DNA of 64,000 nt from Alphaproteobacteria bacterium (lineage in GTDB: Bacteria; Pseudomonadota; Alphaproteobacteria; Bin95). Both the position numbers and the translations under genes were made by a program. The stretch is from contig OZ219785.1 in the NCBI GenBank assembly GCA_964291285.2, positions 1 through 64,000 on the forward strand, written 5' to 3'. Every line of letters begins with the position of its first letter. Position 1 is the stretch's first letter. Shown piece after piece: positions 20,216 to 29,907 of the stretch. Below the pieces are notes generated by a model. The model made no database searches. It worked only from the letters and a program-made list of their open reading frames with translations, and was not told where the DNA came from.

Positions 20216-21073
20216 ATGGACAGAAGGGAAGTCTCGCGCCTGTTCCGCCTGCGTCTGGCGGAGACGCTGGCGCGGTCCGGACTGTCCCGTTCGGCGCTCG
20301 CCCGCCGGGCGGGCATAGACCGGTCCACACTCTCCCAGCTGCTCTCGGGCGACATGGACCGGCTGCCGCGCGCCGACACGGTTGCCGCCATCGCGACCGA
20401 GCTGCGCGTCAGCCTCGACTGGCTGCTCGGCCTCAGCCATGTGGAGAGGCTGGGTGCCGACATTCTCCACGAATCGCTCCAGATCGCCGAGAGCGCGCAG
20501 ACGCCCGTGGACGAGATGCTGGTGCGCTGGTTCGAGGAGGCGGCCGGTTACAAGGTGCGCAACGTGCCCACCACGGTCCCGGACATCGCCAAGACCGAGG
20601 AGGTGCTCCGCCACGAATACCGCCATTTCCGCTCCCGGGGCCCGGACCGCGCCATCAGCGCGTCGCGCAACAGGCTGGAGCATTTCCGGCTTCCGGAGGC
20701 CGACATGGAGATCTGCCTGTCCCGGCAGGCACTGGAGACGCTGGCCGCCGGCGGCGGCATATGGCGGACCCTGGACGCCGCCGCGCGGCGGAATCAGCTT
20801 GACCGGCTCGCCGGGATCGTGGACGAGCTCTATCCGCGCCTGCGCATGTATCTCTTCGACGGCCTGACGCATTATTCGGCGCCCTACACGATCTTCGGGC
20901 GCCAGCGGGCCGCGCTCTATGTCGGCCAGGTGTACATGGTGTTCAACACCACGGAGCATATCGCGGTGCTGAACCGGCATTTCGACGACCTCATCCGCGC
21001 CGCCGTCGTTCAGCCGACGGAGCTTGCATCCTTCCTTGCACGATTGCGCGAGGGCGCAGGCAGCGCCGGATGA
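20216..21073 (+). CDS. XRE-family HTH transcriptional regulator
   Basis: LSRSALARRAGIDRSTLSQLL...VSLDWLLG. Confidence 0.88.
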   Translation: MDRREVSRLFRLRLAETLARSGLSRSALARRAGIDRSTLSQLLSGDMDRLPRADTVAAIATELRVSLDWLLGLSHVERLGADILHESLQIAESAQTPVDEMLVRWFEEAAGYKVRNVPTTVPDIAKTEEVLRHEYRHFRSRGPDRAISASRNRLEHFRLPEADMEICLSRQALETLAAGGGIWRTLDAAARRNQLDRLAGIVDELYPRLRMYLFDGLTHYSAPYTIFGRQRAALYVGQVYMVFNTTEHIAVLNRHFDDLIRAAVVQPTELASFLARLREGAGSAG

Positions 21074-21867
21074 CGGCCTCCCCGCGTCACGCCGGCCTGC
21101 CGATGTATGGCGAGGTCGAGTTCCGGCCGGCCGTGCAGCGCTGGTGGTCGGGCCTGGCGGGGCATCTGAGGTCATGCGGCGTTTCGGACGTTCCCGGCCT
21201 GCTGGCCTGGCCGGAGGACCGCTACCGTCAATGGCGCGACCCCGGCCTTCTGCTCGGCCAGACATGCGGCCATCCCCTGGTGCACCATCTGGCGCGGGAC
21301 GTGAGGCTTGTCGCGACGCCCCACTACAGCGCGCCCGGCTGCGACGGCCCCCGCTATGCAGCGCATGTCGTCGTCCGCGAGCCCGACCCGGCGCGCGGCG
21401 TCCACGACCTGCGCGGCGCCCGGCTGGCCGTGAACGGCGGGGATTCCTACTCCGGCTACCATGTCTGGCGGCACCTGCTGCCCGCGGGCGAGGATATGCG
21501 GTCCTTCTTCGGCGACATCGCCGCGACAGGGTCCCACCGCGCCAGCATCCGAAGCGTGGCGGCAGGAGAGGCGGATGTCTGCGCGGTCGATTGCGTCACC
21601 CATGCGCTGTTGTCCGACCGGCTCGGCGGCGAGTTGCGCGGCACCCGCATCCTGGCGACCTCGCCGCCGGCGCCGGGCCTGCCCTATGTGACCGCCGCCG
21701 CGGCCTCCGACGGCGAAGTCCGGAAGCTTCGGGACGGCCTCTTCGCCGCCCTGGCGGACCCGGCGCTCCGGCGCGTGCGCGAAGCGCTGCGACTCTCCGG
21801 CGCGAGCGTTCTCGAACCCGAAGAGTATCGAAGAGCCTTCCAGGCACGCGCTGAAGCCGGCGATTGA
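21070..21867 (+). CDS. PhnD/phosphonate-binding-like substrate-binding protein
   Basis: QTCGHP, AVNGGDSYSG, TGSHRASI..V..GEADVCAVD. Confidence 0.8.
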   Translation: MTASPRHAGLPMYGEVEFRPAVQRWWSGLAGHLRSCGVSDVPGLLAWPEDRYRQWRDPGLLLGQTCGHPLVHHLARDVRLVATPHYSAPGCDGPRYAAHVVVREPDPARGVHDLRGARLAVNGGDSYSGYHVWRHLLPAGEDMRSFFGDIAATGSHRASIRSVAAGEADVCAVDCVTHALLSDRLGGELRGTRILATSPPAPGLPYVTAAAASDGEVRKLRDGLFAALADPALRRVREALRLSGASVLEPEEYRRAFQARAEAGD

Positions 21868-21925
21868 CAAGCCCGCCCGGCAAGGCGACTGCTGCGCCGG
21901 ACCGTTCAACGGAGAAGAGGCCCCC

Positions 21926-22786
21926 ATGCCCGAACGAAGCCCCCGCCCTCGCCGGTCGTTCATCTTCACGCCGGGCCTGCGCCCCGAGATGTATCCGAAG
22001 GCGCTCGCTACCGGCGCGGATATCGTCTGCGTCGAGCTTGAGGACGGGATCGCGCCGAAGGACAAGGCGGCCGCGCGCGCCAACGCGATGAAGCTCTTCG
22101 AGAGCCCGCAGGCCGATGACGGGGTCGAGCGGGTCGTGCGCATCAACTCGCTCCGGGAGGGCTTCGGCATGGCGGACGTGCAGGCCGTGCTGGCAGCCGA
22201 CACGCCGCCGCCCGCGCTGATGCTGCCCAAGGTGCGCTCGCCGGACGAGGTGGCGCTGCTCGACGGCCTGCTGACCGAGCGCGGCCACGACACCCGCCTG
22301 CATGTCATCATCGAGACCAATGCCGGGCTGGAGGCGGCCTGGGACATCGCGCATGCGAGCCAGCGCATCGACGCGCTGTTCTTCGGCGGCGTGGACATGG
22401 CGGCCGAGCTCGGCTGCGAGAACGCGTGGGAGCCGCTGCTATACGCCCGCTCGCGCGTGGTCCATGCCGCCGCCGGCGCGGGGCTGGACGCCATCGACGT
22501 GCCCTGGCTCGACCTGGAGGACCCGGACGGCATGGAGCGCGCCGCCGTCCAGGCGCGGGAGCTGGGCTTCTCCGGCAAGGGCGCGGTGCATCCCCGGCAG
22601 ATCGCGGCGCTCAACGCGGTGTTCACGCCCTCGCCGGAACGGATCGCCCGGGCGCGGCGCATCATCGCCGGGTTCGAGGCCGCCGACACGGGCCTCGTGG
22701 TGATCGACGGCAAGCTCATCGAGAAGCCGGTCCTGCGCGAGATGCACCGCATCGTCGCCATCGCGGAGCGGACTGGCGCCGGATAG
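21926..22786 (+). CDS. CitE / HpcH-HpaI family CoA ester lyase
   Basis: RRSFIFTPG, ELEDGI, VRIN, IET, GFSGKGAVHPRQI. Confidence 0.9.
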   Translation: MPERSPRPRRSFIFTPGLRPEMYPKALATGADIVCVELEDGIAPKDKAAARANAMKLFESPQADDGVERVVRINSLREGFGMADVQAVLAADTPPPALMLPKVRSPDEVALLDGLLTERGHDTRLHVIIETNAGLEAAWDIAHASQRIDALFFGGVDMAAELGCENAWEPLLYARSRVVHAAAGAGLDAIDVPWLDLEDPDGMERAAVQARELGFSGKGAVHPRQIAALNAVFTPSPERIARARRIIAGFEAADTGLVVIDGKLIEKPVLREMHRIVAIAERTGAG

Positions 22787-22936
22787 CGGAATCAGGAGTA
22801 GATCAGCCAAAGCAGAATCCATCCCGATCGGACCGAAATCCGAGCCGAGCCCGTAACCGCCGCCTCTGCGAAGGCGGGGGCCGGGGCGGCGATTGGGAAG
22901 CCATGCCGGGCAGCAGGAACGATCTCCTGGCAACGT

Positions 22937-23520
22937 GTCATGGAATGTCATGTTTTGTCATGGTCGGGGGTGAAATCGGCGCCGTCGGGCTCGTCCGGCG
23001 CCTTGAAGGGTCCGGCCCTCTGGAGCCAGTCGAGGCTGTCCCGGCGGCGCTGTTCGATGTTCTCGACGATCCAGGGCCGCTCCAGGAGCGCGCATCCTGT
23101 CTGCCTTGCGGAGCGTTCGGCGTATCCGGCGCGTGCGGCATTGCCCGACGCCGTGTAGTGGCGGCAGAAGGCTTGCTGGCGGGTGGAGAGGGCGACGGCG
23201 GGGTCGATGATGGGCATGGAGTGCGGGTCCTTTCGTTCCGCTGGCGTTCGACAGGCAGGCCCGGCGGGGAGCGACCCTGTTTCGCGCGTATCGGGCGCGC
23301 GCCTGCGCCGGCGGGGGCGGGCGTATCGCGGCGGCGCGGCTCGCGCGCCTGATTGCGCGCGCGAGGCAAGCGCAGGACACACTTCGCCTGTCGGCTGAAT
23401 CGGGGTCGTTCCGCACCGGGCCGGCGCGGGCGGGAAGCGGTCCGCGCGGACTTCGCCCCCCTCGGACCCATCATACCACTGTTTCTGAGAATGCAAGCCC
23501 CAAACAGAGAAATATTACCT
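22937..23520 (-). repeat. Dispersed element copy B (inverted relative to copy A)
   Basis: GTCATG at 22937, 22947, 22957; conserved motif 23272-23392; TTGCAT-N15-TATGAT promoter-like sequence on the minus strand near 23470-23496. Confidence 0.75.
22948..23217 (-). CDS. Phage terminase small subunit-like protein (short, possibly degenerate)
   Basis: LSTRQQAFCRHY..SGNAARAGYAERSARQTGCALLERPWI resembles the Terminase_2 N-terminal HTH; AAAGGA RBS. Confidence 0.65.
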   Translation of the reverse strand: MPIIDPAVALSTRQQAFCRHYTASGNAARAGYAERSARQTGCALLERPWIVENIEQRRRDSLDWLQRAGPFKAPDEPDGADFTPDHDKT

Positions 23521-23944
23521 GAATTTCAGGAACTATTTGCCGTCAACACCAGCCAGATGCCGGATTCCGCGCTCGGGGGCGACAACAGGCGGGGGCCGGG
23601 ACGGCAGTCCCTGCACGTCCTTCGTCACGATCCAACAGGACGCGTTTCAGCCGAGACCGACAAATAGTTCAAATCCCGGTCTGATCTCTTTCAAGCCACT
23701 GACTCCTAACAAGGGTTTGTCGCGCCGGAATCGTGCCGCGCCGAATGCAGGTCATTCTCAAGGATCCGAGGGATCAGCGGTCTTCTAGGCATTGGTGCAT
23801 TTTATGCCACTGGGCTCGTGCGGGAGGCGGCGAGCGGCGCGAAGCGCATGCGGGAGACCGGCTCGCGGAAGGGCGGCATCCTGGGGCTTTGGGTCGGGAC
23901 GGCGGTGTTGCTCGGCGCGACGGCTGTAGGCGGTAACCTGCTTC

Positions 23945-24090
23945 TTGTCGATGCCGCGGAGAAGACTCTCGGCCCGATCCGCGCTTTCGCCGGCGGCACG
24001 GCCAACCGGAGTCCGGGATTATTTCATCGCCCGCATGGTGCGCGAGCGAAAGCGATACGCCACCATCGGCCGCGCAGACGCCATGATCCG
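23945..24090 (+). pseudogene. Integrase arm-binding-domain remnant
   Basis: PTGVRDYFIARMVRERKRYATIGR resembles PSGVRSWIVQTRVRGRMRKITLGR of the integrase at 53456. Confidence 0.45.
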
Positions 24091-24188
24091 ACAACGGAAT
24101 GCGGGAAACGACAAACGAGGAACTGCAACGAACGAACAGGATTGGGGTGTCAGGCGAGCAGGAGGAACGAAAACCGCATGAACGACCT

Positions 24189-24977
24189 CTACAGCGCATC
24201 ATCGAAATAGCGCACGGCAAAATCGACCAGACTACGCATCGGAAACAACATGGATGCGGCATCGCCAATCTTGCCTTGTCGTACTCCTTCTTCAGCGACG
24301 TACTGTTGTCCGACAACGGGAAAATGGGCGCCGTTGTCGTCCGCAACATTCGACACTTCCGCCCACACGCGCTGTCCGTTGTCCAACACCGGAAACCGCA
24401 GAGTCTTGACCCTTCGCCTGTCGACCAGCGACTCGGCGAAGTGCAATGCCGTGCACCGATTGAACCCCACTCCGAGAAGCAATACCTGGCAATTCAGGTT
24501 GTAAAGCTTCTCGAACGGTCCGCCGGGACCTTCGGAAAATGCCAGGGGATGTTCGCCGACAATTGCGGACGCGGCGACGCCGCGTGCACAGACGGACTCC
24601 ACCGGGTGATCGCTCCGCAGGGTGTCTGGCCAAGTGCGGAAGCTTTCGCATATGGTGCCCATGGCGGTAGGGGTCGTCCGAGCATCGAAGACCGGGAGAT
24701 GTTCCCGTACGTCCGCCAGCCAGGCCTCCGGCAGTCGGGGACTCGACCACGTCGAAGGGTCCGTGCCATGCGGCGTCGCGGCCGGCATGACCAACGTACC
24801 GCTTTCTCCGAGTACGGACAGGAGTGCGCGCACCACGGTGGGAGCGCCACCGACAACCCAGCCGATGGAACTCAACGAGGAGTGGACCAGCAAGGTCATC
24901 CCGTGTGCGACGCCGATCGTCGCGAGATCCTTTTGGAGACCGGCTTCCGTCCTGGGGTGCCCTTCGAAGGACTTCAT
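24189..24977 (-). CDS. AAC(3)/YokD-family N-acetyltransferase
   Basis: LLVHSSLSSIGWVVGG, GTLVMP, RSDHP..S, LLLGVGFNRCTALHFAE. Confidence 0.9.
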   Translation of the reverse strand: MKSFEGHPRTEAGLQKDLATIGVAHGMTLLVHSSLSSIGWVVGGAPTVVRALLSVLGESGTLVMPAATPHGTDPSTWSSPRLPEAWLADVREHLPVFDARTTPTAMGTICESFRTWPDTLRSDHPVESVCARGVAASAIVGEHPLAFSEGPGGPFEKLYNLNCQVLLLGVGFNRCTALHFAESLVDRRRVKTLRFPVLDNGQRVWAEVSNVADDNGAHFPVVGQQYVAEEGVRQGKIGDAASMLFPMRSLVDFAVRYFDDAL

Positions 24978-25245
24978 CGTCGTCACCTCAATGGCTCTTG
25001 CGAGGCGCCTCCGCGCCTCTGTCGCCGGCGAGTACGTCGAGATCTGCGCCGGTCTCCGCCTGCATGACGTGATCCACGCAAATGGCCCAAACGTGCATTT
25101 GCAAAGTAAGTCCTCGAAAGACCGCAGGGTATCCCGGGCTGAGATTGGTGGCTCGGTGATGCTGGCGGTGAAGTTCCGGGCGGGATCCGGCCTCCGCCTT
25201 CGCGGGGCAGGCTCCACGCGGCGCGATCGAGCTTCCGCTCGGGGA

Positions 25246-25490
25246 CCCAGTTCCAAGGGAGGAGTTCGTGGAACCGGGTCTGCGGCGTATCCTCGATGCG
25301 GCCGAGGATGTCGGCGAGCCAGGCCTGCGGGTCGACGTCGTTGAGCCAGACGGTGCCGATGAGCGTGTACATCACCGCCGCGCGCACGCCGCCACGGTCG
25401 GAACCGGCGGACAACCAGCTGCGTCTTCCGGGGGCGATACCGCGCAGGGCCCCCTCGACTGCGTTGTTGGTCAGGCAGATGGCGCCGATC
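25246..25490 (-). pseudogene. IS66 transposase (TnpC) C-terminal fragment
   Basis: LTNNAVEGALRGIAPGRRSWLSAGSDRGG..AAVMYTLIGT..LNDVDPQAWL...ELLPWNW. Confidence 0.85.
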
Positions 25491-25639
25491 GCGATCACGT
25501 TTGTCGACGCATTCGGGGCCGCTGACGGCGCGAGCCAAGAGCATGTGACGGGGGTGGTGTTCACCTCTCGCTCAATTGCCGGCGCGGCCACCGTTCAGCA
25601 CGTGTTGCTTCTCGGATGATCCGAGGACCGGATGCCATG

Positions 25640-27295
25640 CTAAACCCGGCCCCGGTAACCGTTGACGATGGGGTAGCGGCGGTCGCGGCCGAAGGCGCGG
25701 CGGGTGAGCTTGACGCCGGGCGGGGCCTGGCGGCGCTTGTATTCCGCGACATCGAGCATCCGCCAGACGCGCTCCACCGTCTCGACGGCGTGGCCGCGCG
25801 CGGCGATCTCGGCCACCGACAGCTCGTCCTCGATCAGGCATTCCAGGATGTCGTCGAGCGCGTCGTAGGGCGGCAGGCTGTCCTGGTCGGTCTGGTCGGG
25901 GCGAAGCTCGGCCGAGGGCGGCTTGTCGATGATGTTCTGCGGCACCACCCGCCCCGCCGGCCCGAGCGCGCCCTCCGGCCGGTTGCGGTTGCGCCACTCC
26001 GAGAGCGCGAAGACGGTCGTCTTGTACACGTCCTTCAGCACGTTGTAGCCGCCGCACATGTCCCCGTAGAGGGTCGCGTAGCCGACCGACATTTCCGACT
26101 TGTTGCCGGTCGAGAGCACCATGTGGCCGAACTTGTTGGAGAGCGCCATCAGGGTGAGGCCGCGCGCGCGGGCCTGGATGTTCTCCTCCGTCGTGTCCTC
26201 GCCGCGGTTGCCGAAGGCGCCGGCCAGCATCTGCCCGAAGGCGCCCATCGCGGGCTCGATGGAGATCGTCTCATAGGAGGCGCCGAGCGCCGTGACGGCC
26301 TCCAGCGCATCGTCAAGCGAGGCCTGCGAGGTGTAAGGCGAGGGCATCATCACGCAGCGCACGCGGTCCGCGCCGAGCGCATCCACCGCCACCGCCGCCG
26401 AGAGCGCCGAGTCGATGCCGCCGGAGAGGCCCAGCACCACGCCCGGAAAGCGGTTCTTGTTCACATAGTCGCGCAGCCCCAGCATCATCGCGGCGTAGAT
26501 GTCGGCGAGGTCGCCGCCGCCCTCCGCCATCGGGCCGCCGACACATTCCATGCCTTCGGCGGTGCGCTCCCAGCGGGTCAGCGCCACGCTCTCGACCCAT
26601 GACGGCAGTTGCGCCCTGAGCGCCCGGTCGCGCCCGAGCACGAAGGAGGCGCCGTCGAACACCAGCTCGTCCTGCCCGCCCACCTGGTTGACATAGGCGA
26701 GTGCAAGACCGCTCTCCACCACCCGCTCGACGGCGATGTTCAGCCGTACGTCGTCCTTGGTCGTCTCGAAGGGCGAGCCGTTGGGCACCAGCAGCATCTC
26801 GGCGCCGTTCTCCTCCAGGCACTCGACCACGGCGGGCTGCCAGATGTCCTCGCAGATCGGCACCCCGATGCGCACGTCGCGGAAGGAGATCGGCCCCGGC
26901 ATCTCGCCCGCATCGAACACGCGCTTCTCGTCGAACACGCCGTAATTGGGCAGCAGCACCTTGTGGCGAAGCGCCGCCACCCCGCCGCCGTCGAGCAGCG
27001 CGACCGCATTGTAGAGCCGTCCGTCCTCCCGCCAGGGCAGGCCGACCAGCAGCGCCGGACCGCCGTCGGCCGTCTCCTTCGCCAGCGCCTCGCAGGCCTC
27101 CCGGCAGCCGTCCTGGAAGGCGGGCTTCAGCACCAGGTCCTCCGGCGGGTAGCCGGAGAGCACCAGCTCCGGGAAGACGACGAGATCGGCGCCGCCGGCC
27201 TCGATGCGCGCGCGCCGGATACGGTCCGCATTGCCGGCGACATCGCCCACGGTCGGATCGACCTGGGCGATGGCGATGGAGAGCCGGTCGGTCAT
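25640..27295 (-). CDS. nadE: Glutamine-dependent NAD+ synthetase
   Basis: Nitrilase domain (FPEL, ICEDIW) plus GLSGGIDS, ENIQARARG, PPSAEL. Confidence 0.96.
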   Translation of the reverse strand: MTDRLSIAIAQVDPTVGDVAGNADRIRRARIEAGGADLVVFPELVLSGYPPEDLVLKPAFQDGCREACEALAKETADGGPALLVGLPWREDGRLYNAVALLDGGGVAALRHKVLLPNYGVFDEKRVFDAGEMPGPISFRDVRIGVPICEDIWQPAVVECLEENGAEMLLVPNGSPFETTKDDVRLNIAVERVVESGLALAYVNQVGGQDELVFDGASFVLGRDRALRAQLPSWVESVALTRWERTAEGMECVGGPMAEGGGDLADIYAAMMLGLRDYVNKNRFPGVVLGLSGGIDSALSAAVAVDALGADRVRCVMMPSPYTSQASLDDALEAVTALGASYETISIEPAMGAFGQMLAGAFGNRGEDTTEENIQARARGLTLMALSNKFGHMVLSTGNKSEMSVGYATLYGDMCGGYNVLKDVYKTTVFALSEWRNRNRPEGALGPAGRVVPQNIIDKPPSAELRPDQTDQDSLPPYDALDDILECLIEDELSVAEIAARGHAVETVERVWRMLDVAEYKRRQAPPGVKLTRRAFGRDRRYPIVNGYRGRV

Positions 27296-28428
27296 CTCCG
27301 CCTCAGCAGGAACTCGCGCCCGACCTTGACGCTCGGCTTGCCGTCATATTCGACGATGTCGGCGGTCGCATAGGTCTCCGACCACTGGTCGGGCAGGTAT
27401 GAGCCCGTGCCGATGGTATCGACCGGGGCCTGGGCGAGCGCCATGACGCGGCACTTGCCGGCGGTGAAGCCCGACGATGCGGTGATCTTCGCCTCAGGGA
27501 AGCCGGCGGCGTCCAGCGTCTCGCGCAGGTGCCATATGGCGGCGGCCGTGACCCCCGTGCCGACCAGGTGGCGCAACTCGCCCTCGGTGCGGTAGTCGCG
27601 GATCGCGCGGGGCGCGTTGCGGTCCAGCACCTCGTAGGATTTTTGCAGGTCCAGCCCCTCGGCGTAGCGCCCGCCATGGGTGTCGAGGCGGATGGCGACC
27701 CGCCCCGCCGCGGCCCGCTCCGGGAAGCGCCGGCAGACGGCGACCGCATCCGACATTTCCGCCCCGTAATAGTCGGTGACGACGGTGAGCGGCTCGTCGG
27801 GGAAGGTCTCGACGAACATCTCCGCCGCGCGCAGGGTGGAGCCGGCATAGCCGATCAGCCCGTGCGGCATGGTGCCGAGGCCCCGGTCCGCACCGAAGAA
27901 ATGCGCCGTCGCGTCCGTCGCATTGCCGATGAAGCCGACCGCGCCGGCCTCGCGCTTCGCAGCCGCCGAGCCGACGCTTGCGGCATAGGCCATGATCTCG
28001 GCCATGTCGGTGCCGGCGCAGTGGCGGGCGTCCATGGCGAGGAAGCCCGTATCCGGCAGCGCCATGCACATCGCGCGGGCATTGTAGGCGGCGACGCAGG
28101 CGGAGCCGAGCTTCTGGAGGTAGAGCGTCTCCAGGTCGATCAGGTGGTGCAGCGGCCCGGAGATGTAGAGCAGCGGGTCGCCCGCGCCGACCGAAACGCC
28201 CTCTTCGTAGCGCTCGTCGATGTCGAAGGCCGTGGCCCGCGCCTGCGCGACCGCATTCAGCCACTCGACCGTCAGCCGGGCGGCGGAGACGACCGGGCGG
28301 CGCATGAACACCGCATAGGTGACGCGCACGTCGCCGAAGCGCTCCACGACCGCCTTGCTCTTGGAGAAATAGGCGTCCGTGTAGTGCGGGACGTCGGCGG
28401 CGTCCGGATGCGGGAGCGCGCCGTCCAT
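27292..28428 (-). CDS. pncB: Nicotinate phosphoribosyltransferase
   Basis: TDAYF, MDARH, GTMPH, IRLDT, ASSGF; overlaps nadE. Confidence 0.8.
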   Translation of the reverse strand: MDGALPHPDAADVPHYTDAYFSKSKAVVERFGDVRVTYAVFMRRPVVSAARLTVEWLNAVAQARATAFDIDERYEEGVSVGAGDPLLYISGPLHHLIDLETLYLQKLGSACVAAYNARAMCMALPDTGFLAMDARHCAGTDMAEIMAYAASVGSAAAKREAGAVGFIGNATDATAHFFGADRGLGTMPHGLIGYAGSTLRAAEMFVETFPDEPLTVVTDYYGAEMSDAVAVCRRFPERAAAGRVAIRLDTHGGRYAEGLDLQKSYEVLDRNAPRAIRDYRTEGELRHLVGTGVTAAAIWHLRETLDAAGFPEAKITASSGFTAGKCRVMALAQAPVDTIGTGSYLPDQWSETYATADIVEYDGKPSVKVGREFLLRRR

Positions 28429-28431
28429 TGC

Positions 28432-29811
28432 CTACTCCGCGGCGATCGCAGGCGCGGCGCGGCCGTTGCGCTCTTCTTTCAGCTGTTCGGCGATCAGGAA
28501 GGCGAGTTCGAGCGCCTGGCTGGCATTCAGCCGCGGGTCGCAATGGGTGTGGTAGCGGTCCTGCAGCCCGGCCTCGGTCACCGCGCTCGCGCCGCCGGTG
28601 CATTCCGTCACGTCCTGCCCGGTCATCTCGAAATGCACGCCGCCGGCCCAGGTGCCGTGCTCGCGGTGGACGGCGAAGAACTCCTGCACCTCCGAGAGGA
28701 TGGCGCCGAAGGGGCGTGTCTTGAGCCCGCCCGCGGCCTTGACCGTGTTGCCGTGCATCGGGTCGCACGACCAGACCACCTCGGCGCCCTCGGCCTGCAC
28801 CGTCTCGATCAGCTGCGGCAGGTGGTCCGCCACATTGCCCACGCCCACCCGGCAGATGAGCGTGAGCCGTCCGGGCTCGTTCTCGGGATTGAGCTGCCAG
28901 AGCAGGCGCTTCAGGTGGTCGGTCGTCAGCGTGGGGCCGCATTTCAGCCCGAGCGGATTGCCGACGCCGCGCAGGAACTCGACATGCGCCTCGTCCGGGT
29001 CACGCGTGCGGTCGCCGATCCAGAGCATGTGCGCCGAGCAGTCGTACCATGCGCCCGTCAGGCTGTCGACGCGGGTCAGCGCCTCCTCCCAGGGCAGCAG
29101 CAGCGCCTCGTGGGAGGTGTAGAAGGACGTCTCGCGAAGCTGCGGCGTCGTCTCGGAGGTGAGGCCGCAGGCGGCGATGAATTCCAGCGCTTCGGAAAGC
29201 CGGTCCGCCATGTCCCGGTATCGCTCGCCCAACTCCTCGCGCACGAAGTCGAGGTTCCAGCGATGGACCTGGTGGAGGTCGGCGAAGCCGCCCATGGCGA
29301 AGGCGCGCAAGAGGTTCAGGGTCGCCGAGGACTGGGTGTAGGCCCGGAGCATCCGCTGGGGGTCCGGCTCGCGCGAGGGCGCGTCGAAGCCCATGGCGTT
29401 GATGATGTCGCCCCGGTAGCTCGGCAGCTCCACCCCGTCCACGGTCTCGGTCGGCGCCGAGCGCGGCTTGGCGAACTGGCCGGCCATGCGCCCGACCTTC
29501 ACGACCGGGCAGGACGCGCCGAAGGTCAGCACCACGGCCATCTGCAGCAGTACCTTGAAGGTGTCGCGGATATTGTTGGCGTGGAACTCGGCGAAGCTTT
29601 CGGCGCAGTCGCCGCCCTGGAGCAGGAAGGCTTCGCCGCGGGCGACGCGGGCGAGGTCGGCCTTGAGGTTGCGGGCTTCGCCGGCGAACACGAGCGGCGG
29701 CCAGGTGGCGAGGCTCTTCTCGGCGGCGTCGAGCGCGGCCCCGTCGGCATAGACCGGCATCTGCCGCGCCGGCTTGCCGCGCCAGGTCCGGGGCGTCCAA
29801 GTCTCGCCCAT
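28432..29811 (-). CDS. Class II DAHP synthase
   Basis: [42 protein letters not shown]. Confidence 0.96.
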   Translation of the reverse strand: MGETWTPRTWRGKPARQMPVYADGAALDAAEKSLATWPPLVFAGEARNLKADLARVARGEAFLLQGGDCAESFAEFHANNIRDTFKVLLQMAVVLTFGASCPVVKVGRMAGQFAKPRSAPTETVDGVELPSYRGDIINAMGFDAPSREPDPQRMLRAYTQSSATLNLLRAFAMGGFADLHQVHRWNLDFVREELGERYRDMADRLSEALEFIAACGLTSETTPQLRETSFYTSHEALLLPWEEALTRVDSLTGAWYDCSAHMLWIGDRTRDPDEAHVEFLRGVGNPLGLKCGPTLTTDHLKRLLWQLNPENEPGRLTLICRVGVGNVADHLPQLIETVQAEGAEVVWSCDPMHGNTVKAAGGLKTRPFGAILSEVQEFFAVHREHGTWAGGVHFEMTGQDVTECTGGASAVTEAGLQDRYHTHCDPRLNASQALELAFLIAEQLKEERNGRAAPAIAAE

Positions 29812-29852
29812 GAGCCTTCTCCCTACGTTATGCGTCTTTTGGAAGACGCGCG

Positions 29853-29881
29853 GCTATACGCCGAAACGCCCCGGATTTCAA
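29853..29881 (-). promoter_or_regulatory. Promoter TTGAAA-N17-TATAGC for the DAHP synthase-pncB-nadE operon
   Basis: 17-bp spacing, 42 bp upstream of the ATG. Confidence 0.55.
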
Positions 29882-29907
29882 ACGCTGCCGGCCAGTCCCG
29901 CAACTAC

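Noticed and set aside
22937-23520. Prophage
   Set aside because: Only a TerS-like ORF; no structural, large terminase or lysis genes.
23755-23767. ATTCTCAAGGATC identical to a stretch near the IS1595 left end
   Set aside because: Only 13 bp, lacking the terminal bases and a partner end; may be chance.
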